A stretch of DNA of 62,966 nucleotides, filler included, from Intoshia linei (GCA_001642005.1; 6 parts of 6 records of this genome joined end to end with filler, not necessarily neighbours in it), one strand, 5' to 3'. Counted from the first letter of the whole stretch, positions 1 through 13,409 are shown. Notes: generated by a model not told the origin, from the sequence alone. Made by a program: numbers and translations.

Positions 1-959
1 TAGAGAAATTTCTTTCATTTTGTGTTGACGTAGATTGAACGGTCATAAGGGCTTTTTTTAATTTTAACAATCTTGATCATAGCGTTCCAGTTCGTAACAA
101 CTCATAATATTTTTTAAAATAATATTGGAAAAAGAGGATAATTCCCTTAAGCGTTAGTAATATGTAGTTGGAATAAGAGGTTTTTAAAAAAAGTATTGGA
201 AAAAAGATATTTTTCCATTAAGGGCTGGAAAATTAAATTTTTTATTTGTGGTTTGATGAAGTGGATTTTTTTTATAAGATTTAGTAAAATCGAATTTTTG
301 AGCAGAATATCGGTGTGAGTTAATTTTTTTATGAGGGCTTGAAGTGGTATTTTTGATTAAATTTTATTAGTGGTGGGTTTTTTGCAATGGTAAATTTTAA
401 ATATTATAATATAATCATATTTTCATAGTAATAACAAACATAACTCAAATACAGGTATGTCTCAATTATTTTCGGGAAATCCCGGGAAATTTAATTCTCA
501 GAAATTATAAAATATCCGGGGATTTTCCCCCGGTTTTTTTCCCCGGCACAATCACTATATCCAGTTAACACAGAAAAAATTTCAATCTAAACAAGTGACA
601 CCTTCATCGTCAAAAAAGCACTTTATTATTCATTTTTTTACTTCGAAATTATTTTATTAACATTGAATGTCTATATATTTCCAATAAAGAAATATTGGTA
701 GAAATATATATAATTAATTCCTTCGATTTTTTATTTATTGCTAAGCAATTTTTGATTGTCAAATTCACATTTTAAAACATTTTTTTTGAAATTGTAGGAT
801 CAATATTTACATTTTAAATTTTTATTTTAATTGATAATATGAAAAATATTGGTTGATAATATATTAAAAATTATTTTCACCGGTAATGCGAGGATTTCTG
901 GGGTTGAAATTTTGTATTCATATTAATTGGAATAAGCTTTATCAGAATAATGTTTTTTT

Positions 960-1443
960 AAATTTTCGGACCGTTAATTATTTCACATTTTTCAACACAT
1001 TCACGAATAAAATAATTCGGAAAAAAATATATGAATACTAAAATACTTTTTTGGCCGTGAAGGCGTAATTTATTCGGATTTAAATTTTTTGTGTGTGTTA
1101 ACAGCATACAACTGTACCACCTGTAAATTTTTTTAAATTCTAGTACTGTTTTCATTAAAAAAAAAAGTAATTTGTGGTTTTGGCCCTGGAGATATATTGT
1201 TTTTAAATTCTTGAACTCATTTGATTATCAAAAAAAGGACAATTGAGGTTTTTAACCTGTAAGATGTGAGTTTGGGAGGTTAAAATTTATTTTGATAACA
1301 CCCCGGAAAAAAATGTAATTGAAATGTAGACTTTATAAAATTCTAAGACGGGTAGTTATTGAAATAAACGGTGACACACACTAACAAATATTGAATAGCA
1401 TACTCACTGAGTAGTTTAAGTAAATAAGTAACATAAGTAAGGA
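960..1443 (-). mobile_element. Helitron copy, 5' part
   Basis: Collinear with 33290-33737 and ends in gtaagga|t. Confidence 0.7.
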
Positions 1444-1465
1444 TTTTAATTAGAAGCTTTAAAAA

Positions 1466-2070
1466 TTATAATTTTTTTTTATTTAAATTAGTGTAACATG
1501 ATATTTTGTTGTGATCATGAATATTTGAATGCTCAGTGTGAGGTATGCACATTGTGCACTGCACAATGCATTCCAATGTGCAAACGATCGTTTGAAGATA
1601 ATTTGTTAACTCAGGTTTATCAATTATTTTTTCACTATTTTTTGTTGGGATATTTATTACATCCAGGGCCCAACTTATGTTTACAACCTTGAGTCCACTC
1701 CCGTCCAATAGTTCACATCTTAACATATTAAACACGTATGATTAGGGTTGAAGGTTATAATAAATGAACTATGTAAATGCGCTCCATTAAATTTAATTGA
1801 GTGTTATGATCTGGGAACGGTCAAATATTTAAATTATATCTTACCAAGTTCAGTGGAACAATTATGTACCTCAATAGCCAACATATTACCTGTTAAATGA
1901 TGCTGCATGTAGTAATTAATTACCATTGTTTAATTAGATTACGTTTAACCTGTTTTATAGATTTTATCATATAATTTGACTCGCTGTGTTGAGATTTTTA
2001 ACTTTTTTAATTTTAATTGCCAGGAAAGTTCCAATGCAAATATTTGAAAATCGTATCACTTTTTAATAGA
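1466..2070 (-). CDS. Possible multi-exon gene of unknown function; 3' part only
   Basis: The 89-aa ORF 1466-1735 reads like protein. Upstream open segments (ALELSWQLKLKKLKISTQRVKLYDKIYKT / GNMLAIEVHNCSTEL) are joined in phase by a 60-nt GT-AG intron (1949-1890). The link to the last exon could not be resolved unambiguously. Confidence 0.3.
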
Positions 2071-2714
2071 ATTCGCAAATATACATTTACGTTTAATTGT
2101 ACAACAGCAAACGAATTTCTATTAAAATATTCAAATTGACTTTGAGCTAATTATGAAATTGAATGATTAATTAAAAAAGGGAGAAAATATAATTGTATTT
2201 TAGGACGTTGTAAATTGGATACTTTATTTCCTGTAGATATAATGTTTTTGCTGTGCATATCCTACCTGGATATATTTGAAAGATATTGGAAGATAAATTT
2301 TAACATCTTCAATAATTTTTTAATTTACATTAGGTATGTTTATGCTTGAACCATATTATTGTTCAAATAGTAACTGCATATTTGTGTATTAGTTGAATTT
2401 ATATTTGATTTAGTAATCTAGAAAAGTTCTAAATCTGTGGATATACTTTTACTTTAAGAGTTTCAAATTATATATTTTTAACCATGTGTAGTATTATGAA
2501 TTTTAATTTTTCTTTATCCAATGACATGTGCAATTCGCATCACTTTGAATGCAATATTCTACTTGTATTATTTTTTACAATATTTAGTGTGGTATATCCA
2601 GTTATTTCTTGCATATACTTTATCAAAAGCAAGTTTATTTGGTTTTTTAATACGGTAATAGTTTTGGCACTTTGTTTTAATTTCATTTAGACAAAAAACG
2701 AAAATTTTGACAAA

Positions 2715-5700
2715 ATGTACTTGCAGATTATGCTAGACATACCTAGAAATATGTTTAATCTTACCAGAATAATTTCCAACTCAAAATGTGATTTATCTCA
2801 ATGTGAAGATGTGGATTCTGTAACAAATGATTCTGTAAATGTATCAAACTTTAGTGTAATTGATAAAAGAAAGGAGACTAAAAAGTCAGTCAAGTCGTCT
2901 ATGTCTAAAAAGTCTTCTAAAGATGTTTTAAATGAAAATTTAAACATTTCAAATAGTCCCACTAAAAAGATGGCTACAATTAATCCAAGCAACGTTTCAC
3001 TTGTCGATATGAGTGAAAATTCAATTAATACAAATTCAGAATATGATGATTGTGCTCTTTTTGAATCAAAGACCTCATTAAATGATTCTTCTGATAGTCT
3101 AATATGGGACGAGAATTTGTATAATAATGATTGTTCAATTAATGTTTCTAGTATTACCGATGTTAATGTTGCCAAAAAAATTATCAAAGATTTACATCGT
3201 AGTCTTACTCGTAGAGTCTTGTCTGAGAAACGATTATTGGCTGAAATTTCACGGCTACAAAATTCTTTAAAGGAACAAAAAAATGAGCACGAACGATGTT
3301 TAAAAGTACCTTGTATATATCCTTTTAATACTCATATTGATTGCAAAAATAAAATTGATCATTTAAATAATGTTACTGAAAATTTGGAAAATCAACTTAT
3401 TGAATGTAAATATGAATATGATGAAAATATAAAAAATAAAAATAATGTAATTTTTTTCTATTTCTTATTTTATTTTATTTTCGATTCTTAAATTCAGGTG
3501 GGAAAATATCTTGTTTTAGTAATAAATATTCTAATTGATGTAAAAATTGAGAATCAGTGTTATAAATTGACATTATAATGTCAAATAATAGGGAACGTGT
3601 TCTTTTAGGCAATATGAATAATGGTAACGAAACGAAACTCCTTAAAAATGACTATTCGAGTGGGACACACTATAAACAATATGAATTTTTCAGATTGAAA
3701 TTTTTTGTATGTGTTAATTAGATATAACTATCAGCTGTAATTTTTTTTAAACTTTAGTACTATTTTCATTTTGTAAAAAAGGGCAATCTGGGTTTTGGTC
3801 GATGAAAATGGACTTTTTTGAGGTTGTTATTTATTATAATTTATAGTGCTTATCATTTTAAAAACTATGCCGGAATTTATGTTATACAAAATTTTAGGAC
3901 ATGTTTCATTTTTTAAGTATAGGATAATTTTTAGTTTTGACCATGAAAGTGTCCGTTTTTGAGGCTGACATTTAGTAATAATGAGCTAATGAATTTAATT
4001 TGAGAATTTTAGAACTATTTTCATTTTTTTATAAAAAGGTTAATCTGTAGTTTTGATGGCGAAAATGAACTTTTTTTGGGTTTGTGATTTATGATATTGT
4101 TTTTGATTTTAAATATTATTTCACAGTGTATGTTGTATACATTTCTAGGACTTTTATTTAATGTTTTAAAAAAAGGTAATTTGTGGTTTTTACCATGAAG
4201 GTATGCGTTTCTGAGGATAAGATTAACGATAATATTAATGGTTTTAAAACGCGTCCCAGAATGTACGTTTTATTAAATTTTTGGGCTGATATTTTTTTAA
4301 ACAAAAGGGAACAAAACTGAAAAATAGATAAAAACACGTCCTGGGAAAAACTGTATTAGAAATTTGGTTTTTTTAATCCTACGACTGTCAATTTTTTTAA
4401 TAAATGGTTACACATAAACATTCATTTTTATATAAGTAAAGAATAGTACATGTTAAGTTATATATACTGGTTAGGGGTGTGAATTTTTTCACTTATTTGC
4501 GAAAATATAAAAATGCCACCCCATACGTGGAAGATGGGGTTTAATGATACACAATTATCAACAAATTATATAAAAATGATTAAAAAAAACCCTGGGCAAA
4601 GCACTTTAAAATATGAATAATGAGCAAAATTTAATTTATTTTGTATAGTAAATTACATAGTAATAATTATTTTCATAACAATTAATTTTAAATTTATATT
4701 TTTTTATATTTATTCAGTTTTCTCATTGGAATCGGTTTGTTTATCAATTCGGCGTTCATGATTCGCTAGACGATAATTTTGTGCATCTTTATATCTATTT
4801 GTATAAAAATTTTTATATTTAAATTAATATTTTAACATGGGTTTTTTTAACAGTTGAGAGGTAAGACTGGGTGCAAATTGAATATTATCAAAATGTTCAT
4901 ATGGTGGAAGGGTGGACTTTTAATATAAAAATTCGTTAACATCTCTAATACTGGTACTATATCATATTTTTTAAAATAGCCTAAATCGTCTTAATGTAGG
5001 CGAAATCGCCCATTTGGGAACCCTTGCTCTACACTTATTACTTTGTTAACAAATGTAAATAAATGATAACAAATAATATGTGATATGATATATGGTTTGA
5101 GTGGTCTTGTGTTGACCGTCATGTTTGGTTCGTCACTTTGTATCGTTAAATTCAATTTTAGCTTGTTTACTTTTGATTTTATCGGTCTTTAAAGTACTTA
5201 TAATTTTATAAAAATTACCTCTTAAGTCAAAATAAATGACGTAGAATGGGATTTAAAGATACGAAGTGAATAATTAAACGTGACGATCAACACAAGACCA
5301 CTAAAACCCTTGATACAGTATCCCATCATAACATTTCAATAAATAATTATAATTCTGGATAATAATAATAAAATTCTGGTATGCAGCCCTGAACGACGAG
5401 CCGTCACTGCTTCAAACCAAAATCAATAAGCTAGAAATTAATTCAAAAAATAAAATGTAAATTTTACACTATAGAGGAGTTGTGCCCAACTTTTTTTCAG
5501 TGTTACCCTGCAGGTATAAACAAATTATACCCTCCTATGAAAAAAATTTGCAAGGTTATTTATTTATTTTTTAATTGTTTAAAGGTGCAGAATAAAGAAA
5601 ATTTTAGAATTTGATGGATGGTTAGCACTAACTGTGAGTATTTTTAAAAAAGAAACTCTATAACATAATCAAAAACTACTAACGATAGATATTCGCTGTG

Positions 5701-7032
5701 TGTTTAACATTTTAAATAAACCATTACAAATCTTATAGTAAAATTAAAATATAACTTTATTTTTTAAAAAAACAGTGTGATAGTGAATTGTCATGGTTTA
5801 CAGAGTATTATGTTAATCGCCGTTTATAATTAAACATATTAGTTTTTTAATTTTCATTTGAGCTGTCTTAGTCTGATTTTTATCAACGATTCAATTTCTT
5901 AAATTTAGGGCATAAATGTAAAGTGAAAAAAATTTTGTATTGAAAATTCAATCACATAATACTCTGTAAACCATGAAAATTCACTATAACACTGTTTTTA
6001 AAAAAAATCAAGTTATATTTTAATTTTACTATAAGATTTGTTATGGTTTATTTAAAATGTTAAACGCATAGCGAGTAGACATCTTTGTCAATTAAAATTG
6101 TATATTAATTGGTTTTTCCCTAAAATACACCATTTGCACGCTAACCATCCTTGATTCTTTGATGGGTGTGACACCCTACTATTCATATGCCAATATTTTA
6201 ATGTTGGGACCAATTTTCGATGATATAATTTTAAAATATCTCGCGAGTCGCGACACACATTTTGACGAACACTGCTGTACATGACAATATTTATTTAGAC
6301 AAATACTAATTGGGAAAAAAGATTTGACGCTCTAAAAGGAAAGAATATGAAAATTTATAAAAAGAATATCAATTTAAAAAATACTTTAAGACAAACTGTT
6401 CGATCCAAGAACCAAATTTTATTTGCTTATGGAGACGCTTGTCGTTTTATTGCTAATCAAAAAGGTAAGTTTCATTTTTTAATAATAATTGTTTTATAGA
6501 AAAAATTATGCTATTATCTAATGGACTTTATAACCACTCACAACATTACCAAATAAATAGATATCAGCTACAACAAAATAATTTTCCAATAAGATCACCC
6601 AATCTATGGCAAAATAGTCTACAAGTAACCAATTCTACCCCAGTTAACGGCACTACAGCTAATTTTAATAAACATTACGATCAATCAACGTCCAATACTT
6701 CAGTACCAAATGTTGATGTATTTGTTCCTCCTCCAAATATTCATTTGATGGTGGGATCTACTTTAATGTCTCAACCTGTAACTAATACGGACAACCAAAA
6801 ATTCTCTTTAAATTTTACTTCTCCTGAATACATTTTATTTAATTGTGATAAACCTATTAGCAATTCAGTCAAACTTAATGAAACTTTTCCGATTCATCGT
6901 AATAATGATGTCAGTAATTTAAATTCTACTTTTGATAATATTTCTCTATCTACAAGTTTTATTGAAAACCAACAACTTGTCAAATCACAATTTCAAGACT
7001 TTTTTGACAACAAAAATATACCTACAAACTAA
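2715..7032 (+). CDS. Unknown protein, about 476 aa, with central coiled coil and S/N-rich termini; exons 2715-3446, 6299-6464, 6500-7032
   Basis: Phase-0 GT at 3447 joins AG at 6298 (TNTNWEKRFDALKGKNMK...). A 35-nt phase-1 intron (6465-6499) continues into the 6508-7032 ORF. Heptad-like stretch AKKIIKDLHRSLTRRVLSEKRLLAEISRLQNSLKEQKNE. Start codon uncertain (2715, 2730 or 2751). Confidence 0.75.
5094..5308. repeat. Small inverted-repeat element (MITE-like) in intron
   Basis: ggtttgagtggtcttgtgttgaccgtca pairs with tgacgatcaacacaagaccactaaaacc. Confidence 0.55.
5693..6074. mobile_element. Fold-back element with about 120-bp terminal inverted repeats
   Basis: 5693-5812 is a near-perfect reverse complement of 5954-6074. 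Flanks atagatat / gtagacat resemble a decayed 8-bp TSD. Confidence 0.75.
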
Positions 7033-7829
7033 AAGTTATTATTTCAATACTTGTTTTCCACTATTACGTATCTAATAATGTATTTAACGGGTTTATTTAT
7101 TTGGTTTGTATTAAAGATAATTTATTTTACTCTCTTCTTTTCTTATTTACGGAATATTCTCAAGACCTTTTGTTATATCGGATAATTTTCAGTATTTTTA
7201 AAACTATCCTCACCGGAAAATATATTTTAGAGTCTATTTGGGTATAAATTAGTGTTTCAATAACGGTAATTTATTACCGGTGAATCTTTTGGGTTACCGT
7301 AATTTTAAAAAATTTATCTTATAATAAAGTGTATGTCGAATTACGCCATTATAAATAAATAAATTACTTTTAAACTAAACTATAAGTTTATCGTTTAACT
7401 CAGCGTTCGTAAAACTATGGCCCGCAAACAAAAAGTTTACCGAATTATATTAAGCTAATGTAGAGTACAAATTTTATGGCATGTCATAAAATATCTTTGG
7501 TATTCCATTAGAATCTAATTATATTCTGTAATAATGATTAGATTGCACTATTGGATAATGTTTTTCCAAATGATACTGTATCAACATTCTGTTATGTTAA
7601 TAAAATATATAGTAACTATATATTTAGTAACTATTATTATTATACAACTGTTGTAAATAAGAATATTTCAGTTTTTACACGTTATAATATATTTTACAGT
7701 TTAGTGAGAAGAATTCTTCATTTTTATTAGTTCATATGAGAACATCAATTTACTTTCTACGCACTGCTGTGCGAGAATAATTACTTTCTATTACCGCGTT
7801 AATATAGAACAACAACAAATGTTGTTTTC

Positions 7830-7965
7830 TCACTTTTTTCTGAGAGATATGATATCAAAACTGATATTATTCAAAATATCATTCTCAATTGACATTAATG
7901 AGAGCGCATTCAAATGAGGTTGATCTAAGCAATTTCGAAGTTGATTCTTAATTATTATAGTAATA
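7830..7965 (-). pseudogene. hAT (ZMYM1-like) transposase C-terminal remnant
   Basis: Translates as IIKNQLRNCLDQPHLNALSLMSIENDILNNISFD, resembling the IKxxLRSTMxQERLxxLALLSIE tail of the hAT dimerisation domain. Confidence 0.65.
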
Positions 7966-8606
7966 AATTATTACTATATTATTATATATTAATGGATTAC
8001 TAATAATAATAATAGTTGAAATAAAATTAATTTTGTATGATTCAATTATCATCAATATAATGAAAGTTTGATTGTATGATTGTTGAAAATTAATAAAAGA
8101 TTTCCTACTTTCTTTTTTGAATATTCACTTAATAAAAAATTTTTAATGTTTAATATTATCATTTGAAACAGTTTTTATGTCAATACTATATGATGAATAT
8201 TGTAGAATATATTTTATATTGAATAATTACCAGAACTTTGATTCTTTAAACTATTTTCTTTCTAGCTATTTAAATTCCCACACTTCATAATTGTTTCTTG
8301 AAATATAAATATAAAGTATTTTTTAAGATATAAATGTAAAGTACTTTTATTAATTCTGGGCCTTTTTTAATGAGTGGCCCTGGGCTACAGCCCATATTGA
8401 CCATGCCTTAAAATAGCTCTGGATACGTGGTCAATGCAGCCCGCATATTAATAAGTTTGCCCACCATTGGTTTAACTTTATATTATATACTATAACGACA
8501 TATCTATTACTTTATAATTCAGTTATATACTTTAACCAAATTTACATTTTAAAAAAACATTAAAAAGAATTTGAGAATGATTGAGAAAATTTTTAATTTT
8601 ATATTG

Positions 8607-9170
8607 TCAGTTGGTCTTTTTCATAGTAGCCTTTTTTTCAATTATTATTTTTGTTTTTAAGCTTTCATAAAATTTATGGTCGTTGTTTCTCAAAAAGTGA
8701 TTTATCAAATGGAAATTTGTTAATGCAATGCAGATGTCGATAAAAATGTTGTACTTTTCATGCGATCTTCTAAATGTATCGTTCATAATTTTAAACGACA
8801 TTTTTATTCTTCCGAAAAAATTTTCCATTATTCTTTCTGAAAATTTTCTTTTATCGATTTCAGTCATTTCTCTTCCTTTTGGTGGGGTCAATACTTTTAA
8901 TAATTTATCTGCTCCTTGGTACTTCTTATCGGCCAGTATTGACCATTCGAACATACTTCCAGCATCATTTACATTAATATCTTCTATTTCTTTAGTTAAG
9001 AAATTTTTGTATAATGGGACTATCTCCTTGAATACAGACATATCATGTACTGAACCAGGTACACTGTCTGATTTAAATGCACACATACCGTTGGGCAAAA
9101 CTCCTATTTCTCTTTTGAGACAATAGTTGTGGTGTTTACCAGACCAAAATATTTTAGCTTCACTAAAAGT
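8607..9170 (-). mobile_element. PIF/Harbinger-type (DDE_Tnp_4) transposase fragment, 5'-truncated
   Basis: FSEAKIFWSGKHHNYCLKREIGVLPNG...PGSVHDMSVF...ILADKKYQG...SERIMENFFGRIK...IALTNFH carries the typical motifs of this family. The N-terminal half is absent. Confidence 0.8.
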
Positions 9171-9566
9171 TACTATTACAATATAACTATAGTTGCGGTA
9201 TAAATGATATTAATTAGTAATTAAATTATATTTAACAATAAAATGGACGAAATATATGCTGATCAATAGAACCCTAATTATATTTTTTTTTAACAATCAA
9301 ACGATTCCTAAAATTTGTAGAATTATGAAAAATACACAATCTGATAACAATTTTAAAATCATCAACATTTTCAACACACAAATTTAAAATGAAATTATAA
9401 TTGCATAATTATTCAAGTTGTATCATGATTATAATAATCACAACGAGAACAGAATTAATAAAGTTTTAATCAGTCTTGTTACCACAAATTTTGAATAATT
9501 AAATTTGATATTTAAAATTCCTGTTTAAATAAAAGCAATTCTTTCTATTATATTGATTTATATTTA

Positions 9567-11236
9567 ATGTTGAATAAATTGGAAAAATACTTCGACACGG
9601 ATGATTTATATAAAATTTTAAATTTAAAATCGACTGCAAATTTGAAGCAAAGTAATTAATATACTTACTAGGGTGTTCACTTTTTTATTAGTAAAACCCA
9701 TATTGCATGTGATGCCTTTTTTAATTTTAAGCATTTATCACACAAAAAAATGAAATTTAAATTTTTTTCAAATGTTTGGTCCCTTAACACCACAAAGAAT
9801 CCAGATTAGATACCTATTAATAGAAACCTTGTAATTGTACGGTAACTTCAATATTGGTGGAACGTTAATGTCTTAAATTAATATCACATTAGTAAAAACG
9901 AGTTATTATAAACTTTCTTTGAAATATCATCCGGATAAATGTAAAGAAACAAACAGAAAAGAAGTAAATGAAAAATTTTCCCTAATAAACATGATTTATT
10001 CAGTATTATCTGATGAAGAGTCTCGAAACTACTATGATAGTACAGGTATGATAATTTTTATAATATGAATATAAGATATGAAAAGGTAGCATATTGCAAG
10101 GAAATTTAATTTTAACAAAAAAGAATATGAATTGGAAAGAGTATTGGAGAATGATGTTTCCTGCCATTTCTACTACGGATATAAAAAATTACCTTGAAAA
10201 TTATCAAAGTTTTTAATTATATTGTATTTATTATTCATTTAAAATTATTAGACTCTGAAATTGAAAAAATTGACATTAAAAAATGTTATATTGACGCTAA
10301 AGGGGATTTGGACAAAATTTACCAGTCTTTAATTGGATATGATATGAAAAATGAAAATAGGATAAAGAATGTTATTATGGATTTAATTGATCAGGATGAA
10401 GTGGAAAAATATGAAATATTCATTAATGAACCCGAAATCAAAAAGAAGAAACGTCATAAAAAGGTTTAATAACGTGGAATATAAGTAAATTCTGTGATTA
10501 AAAAAAGATTTTCAAAAATTTTAAAAGGGTTTAAGAGTCCTTTCGTCGGATTTAATTTTATTTATTTATATAATTTATTTGTATCATCAATTTGTGGTAA
10601 CATAAAAATAATTCTTAAAAAGATTAAACCATGATGTAATATTCTAAACAAGGGATGGTCAACCTTTTTTATAACTGAACCACAAGCTATATAAGAAATT
10701 TGCCATTATAATTCACCTTATATATGAATTTTACCAATATTGCAAAGCATTGTAATAAATATAAAAATGATAATAACAAAGTTGTATTACTTTTAGTAAT
10801 TCGTTGTTGTAGTTTTAATTTAAATTTTAAACGAAATGTTTTGAAAATTAAAATTTGAGATTGAAAAATTGCGTAGCAATGAAAAAAATTTTGACCCATA
10901 AGATATGAGTTTGGGAGGTTAAATTTATCTTACTAACACCCGGAAAAAACTGTAATAGAAATGTGGACTTTATAAAATTCTTACTGGTAGTTATTGAAAT
11001 AAACGATAACACACACAGACAAACAAAGCATATTATATAATAATTATAATATATTAAATTAGATGAAATTACAAGCCAAAGAAGCTGAAAAATGTAAAGA
11101 TGGTGAAGATGAGAAAGATTTGATTGCTCTAATTCGAAATAAAAATAAAAAAAAAGATTGTGAGGACTTCTTAGATGGGTTGGCTGAAAAGTACAATGAC
11201 ACATCAAAAAAAAAGAAAAAAAAGTGCAATAAATAA
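9567..11236 (+). CDS. DNAJC9: DnaJ homolog subfamily C member 9 (J-domain co-chaperone); about 5 exons
   Basis: Exon 9567-9651 DLYKILNLKSTANLKQ; exon 9893-10045 IKTSYYKLSLKYHPDK...YSVLSDEESRNYYDSTG; then NWKEYWRMMFPAISTTDIKNY; SEIEKIDIKKCYIDAKGDLDKI; last exon from 11063 DLIALIRNK...FLDGLAEKY, followed by a K-rich tail. Confidence 0.9.
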
Positions 11237-11483
11237 TAACACTATGTATGTAATTATAAACGAGTTTAATTTCATTGGTGCGTCGTGTGCCATATGTATA
11301 CAATTTTCAGATATATATTATCGTTTAATTCAATCAATTCCAAAATACGAGATAAAAACGTCATAGTACTGACTATCAAATTTTCTTATGTTATTTTGAT
11401 AATTTCGATTACAATCGAAAATATTATTCGAACAATTATAATTCATCAATTATTGTTTCGTATATAAATTTTATTATACAGTA

Positions 11484-13037
11484 TTAGTTTGACTGTTATG
11501 TACTACGTACAAACAGCACCTAGCTCTGCGAGGCACATTTTTATTCTAACAAAAAATAAATTCATGTTGAAAATTTAACTTAAAAATCCTACTATTCACT
11601 ATTATCAATCATATAAAGGAGTGGTTCCCAAACTTGTTTGAGGTGGAACCGTCATATCACATTACTTTTTACTTCAAAGTGAATTATTCCATCTTAATTT
11701 TTTAATTATTTTCTTAAATCAGCGTAAACAATTTTAAAAACAATTATTATCCCTTTTTTTTAATTGTTTAAACAGAATATATGTATTAGGGCAGTTTTTC
11801 TCAACCTTTTTGACTGTGCGGAACCCTTATGAAATTTCAAAAAATCACAACACCTAAAAGCATGATCAAAAATTTTTTTCGCATGTCACATATATAAAAC
11901 AATTTGATTTTTAATAAAGAAATTTATTTTTCCTTCTCAATGAAAAATTTGGGCCTGATATTTTTTACAGAGGTTTTTAATTCTTGGACGTGTTTTTGAA
12001 AGACATACAATAAGTTCTACCGACACCAGCTTTGCCAGTTTCTTATGCTTAATTGCTGTCAATGCAAGTAAGCTTATAATTTGGATATTTCCTATATATT
12101 TAACATTAATCCATTTTATATATAATTTAAGAAGATAAATTTATGATAATTAAGATTAAAGATAATTTAAAATAAACACAAAATTTATTTTAATTAAGTT
12201 GACCGATCGTATTTATCTTAATTAAAAAAGCATATCAAAATATGATTTTTGGTTTTATTAATTTAGAAACTTTTCAATTTATATTTTTTAAATTGAAAAA
12301 TATCCCATTTATATTTCACGGAACCCCAATTAAATTTCGCGGAACACGGGTTGAGAACCACTGTATTAGGGTGTTAACTTTTACTTTTAAAACTTTTAAT
12401 TTTAATTATATCAAAAAAATGAATTCACGTTGAAAATCTAACTTAAAAATTCTACTATTAACTATTATCAATCCTTTGTTTTGTTAACATTTGCGTAAAG
12501 AATTTAAAAACAATTGTTATCCCATTTTTTTAATTTATTAGACAGAATGTGTGTATAATATTAAAAATAAAGTAAAACAGTACAATCCTAAAAATTGTCA
12601 TAAATAGCATAAATTCCATAAAAAATAAAATTATAAAAACCTATTTTCTCATTTTCAATGTGATGACATATATTCAGTTTATCAATTTAATAAATACTTA
12701 AAAATACCAATTGTGTATAAATAATTAATTGAATCTTCACTTTACAAATATTTCAGTCGAATTTTACTATTATTGCAAAGGATTGTAATATAAAAATGAT
12801 TGATGTTAAAAATCTGTCCATACTTTTGGCCTTTTTTCTTGTGAATGTTACTTTTCTTTTTACCATTGTATGTTAAATTTATAACAATTATCAATAAAAA
12901 AAATATTGTTTCATTTAATATAAATTTAATTTTATAAATTGGTTGCTGTAGTGTTAAAATTTAAGGATTATAAAAAATGTTTGGAAAATAAAAATTTGAA
13001 ATTTAAAAATTGCGTAGCAATGAAAAAAATTCCGAAG
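11484..13037 (-). mobile_element. Long non-autonomous Helitron copy interrupted by a hAT element; runs into a gap
   Basis: The family 3' terminus (ttagtttgactgttatgtactacgtacaaacag) is at 11484. 12420-13037 is a near-identical reverse complement of 20630-21345. Confidence 0.75.
11792..12363 (-). mobile_element. Internally deleted hAT (Buster/Charlie-type) element
   Basis: TIRs cagtttttctcaacc / ggttgagaaccactg with perfect 8-bp TSD tattaggg on both sides. The minus strand at about 11938-12075 encodes LALTAIKHKK...LIVCLSKTRPRIKNLCKKYQAQIFH*, the typical C-terminus of Buster-type transposases. Confidence 0.88.
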
Positions 13038-13137
13038 NNNNNNNNNNNNNNNNNNNNNNNNNNNNNNNNNNNNNNNNNNNNTTAATTAATTAANNNNNNN
13101 NNNNNNNNNNNNNNNNNNNNNNNNNNNNNNNNNNNNN

Positions 13138-13225
13138 AACGTGAATTTATTTTTTAAGTATAATAAAAATGTGCCCTCGGTAGAGCTAGGTGCTGTTTGT
13201 ACGTAGTACATATCAGTCAACCTAG
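13138..13225 (+). mobile_element. Helitron 3' terminus
   Basis: ...gagctaggtgctgtttgtacgtagtacatatcagtcaacCTAG|t. Confidence 0.75.
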
Positions 13226-13409
13226 TGTAGTATAATTAATGTAATACATTTACCAAAAAATTTAAAATATAATTGAAGTAATGCATATATAATATATAGA
13301 TATACCAATGGTTTCAACCTTTTTATGGCGCATCCGATATTATTTTATAGTATTGAAACCAAAAATTTTTTATGACTCCGAAATAGACAACCAGAAATTG
13401 ACTGTATTT

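Noticed and set aside
958-1155. Short ORFs inside Helitron copies (also 10687-10899 and 20623-20820)
   Set aside because: Not conserved in frame between copies and no Rep or helicase motifs.
2798-3187. 129-aa minus-strand ORF (similarly 8728-9126, 10848-11303, 15761-16021, 31673-31897, 47277-47513)
   Set aside because: Antisense shadows of real coding exons or transposase sequence.
13038-13137. TTAATTAATTAA embedded in N runs (also near 20428, 26776, 46504 and 58908)
   Set aside because: Identical 100-nt gap spacer giving stops in all six frames; an assembly artefact.
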